From: Candidatus Rariloculaceae bacterium
Lineage (GTDB): Bacteria > Pseudomonadota > Gammaproteobacteria > Steroidobacterales > Rariloculaceae
Direction: 5' to 3'
DNA length: 64,000 bases
NCBI GenBank assembly: GCA_965262365.1
Contig: OZ253541.1
Span: 962,292-1,026,291 of the forward strand
The notes beneath the pieces were generated by a model, which had not been told where the DNA came from, did not search any database, and saw only the letters and a list, made by a program, of their open reading frames with translations. How positions within the stretch are numbered: position 1 is the stretch's first letter; every line of letters starts with the position of its first letter. Both the position numbers and the translations under genes were made by a program. Of the stretch, positions 63,584-64,000 are shown one piece after another.

Positions 63584-64000
63584 GAGCAGGGTTATCAGTG
63601 GTGTGCTTGTTGCTTTTGCCGGCAGTGGGTTCCGGGCACCATTCGCGGGCCGAGTTTGCCGAATTGGTCGAGGAGATCGCCGGGGAAATCGTCAGTGCGA
63701 GGTGGATCAACCCGCATCCGGAAATCACCTTGAGAGCCGATTTGGCAGATGGCGGCGAGGAACAGTTGCAGATTCAGGTGTATGGCGCGGCCAATAACCT
63801 GAGACAGGCAGGCGTTACCGATGAACTGTTCGAAATCGGCGATCGGATAACCATAGTTGGCCGTCGATCTACTCGCCGTCCCGGAATTGTGCTGGGTACG
63901 CACATGTTTCTCGCCGACGGCAGGCAGGCCATCCTGTCGCGCGCGCTGGAACCCTACCGCCCGGGAGAAGTCGTTGGAGGACTGGAAGCATTCCTGGAGA
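63580..64000 (+). CDS. DUF6152-family secreted protein (runs off right edge)
   Basis: Manual translation MRAGLSVVCLLLLPAVGSG|HHSRAEF...WINPH; ATGA overlap with the LysR stop. Confidence 0.85.
   Translation, partial: MRAGLSVVCLLLLPAVGSGHHSRAEFAELVEEIAGEIVSARWINPHPEITLRADLADGGEEQLQIQVYGAANNLRQAGVTDELFEIGDRITIVGRRSTRRPGIVLGTHMFLADGRQAILSRALEPYRPGEVVGGLEAFLE

Overview
GC-rich proteobacterial DNA, probably a Gammaproteobacterium. The Sel1 protein, sulfatases and decayed IS elements suggest a host-associated lifestyle (inference only). Four zones. (1) About 1-23.7 kb is a decaying catabolic region in which secreted DUF6152-type proteins alternate with arylsulfatases, a ricin-lectin/esterase fusion, TonB-dependent receptors and a Tat amidohydrolase duplicated as a 1.3-kb direct repeat. 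(2) About 23.7-45.6 kb is a defence/mobile island downstream of tRNA-Ser(GGA): HipBA-like pair, PIN plus large partner, AbiEi/AbiEii, fused ABC-ATPase-TOPRIM, PD-(D/E)XK and BRCT proteins, integrase remnants, IS481-, IS1634- and IS1182-like elements, and a stranded murA 3' end. (3) About 45.9-58.3 kb is core genome (dnaX-ybaB-recR, HIT, rsgA, orn, ppsA/ppsR, prc). (4) About 58.5-64 kb is a second DUF6152 locus with a cytochrome c-Vgb fusion, an amidohydrolase and LysR. The best candidate for an undescribed system is the DUF6152 family. All 8 N-domains start His-His right after the predicted signal cleavage site and carry a distal (N/F)PH. All 7 complete C-domains carry a conserved Cys pair. 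The genes recur next to sulfatases or other secreted hydrolases. Family names are recognised from motifs by eye, not from database searches.
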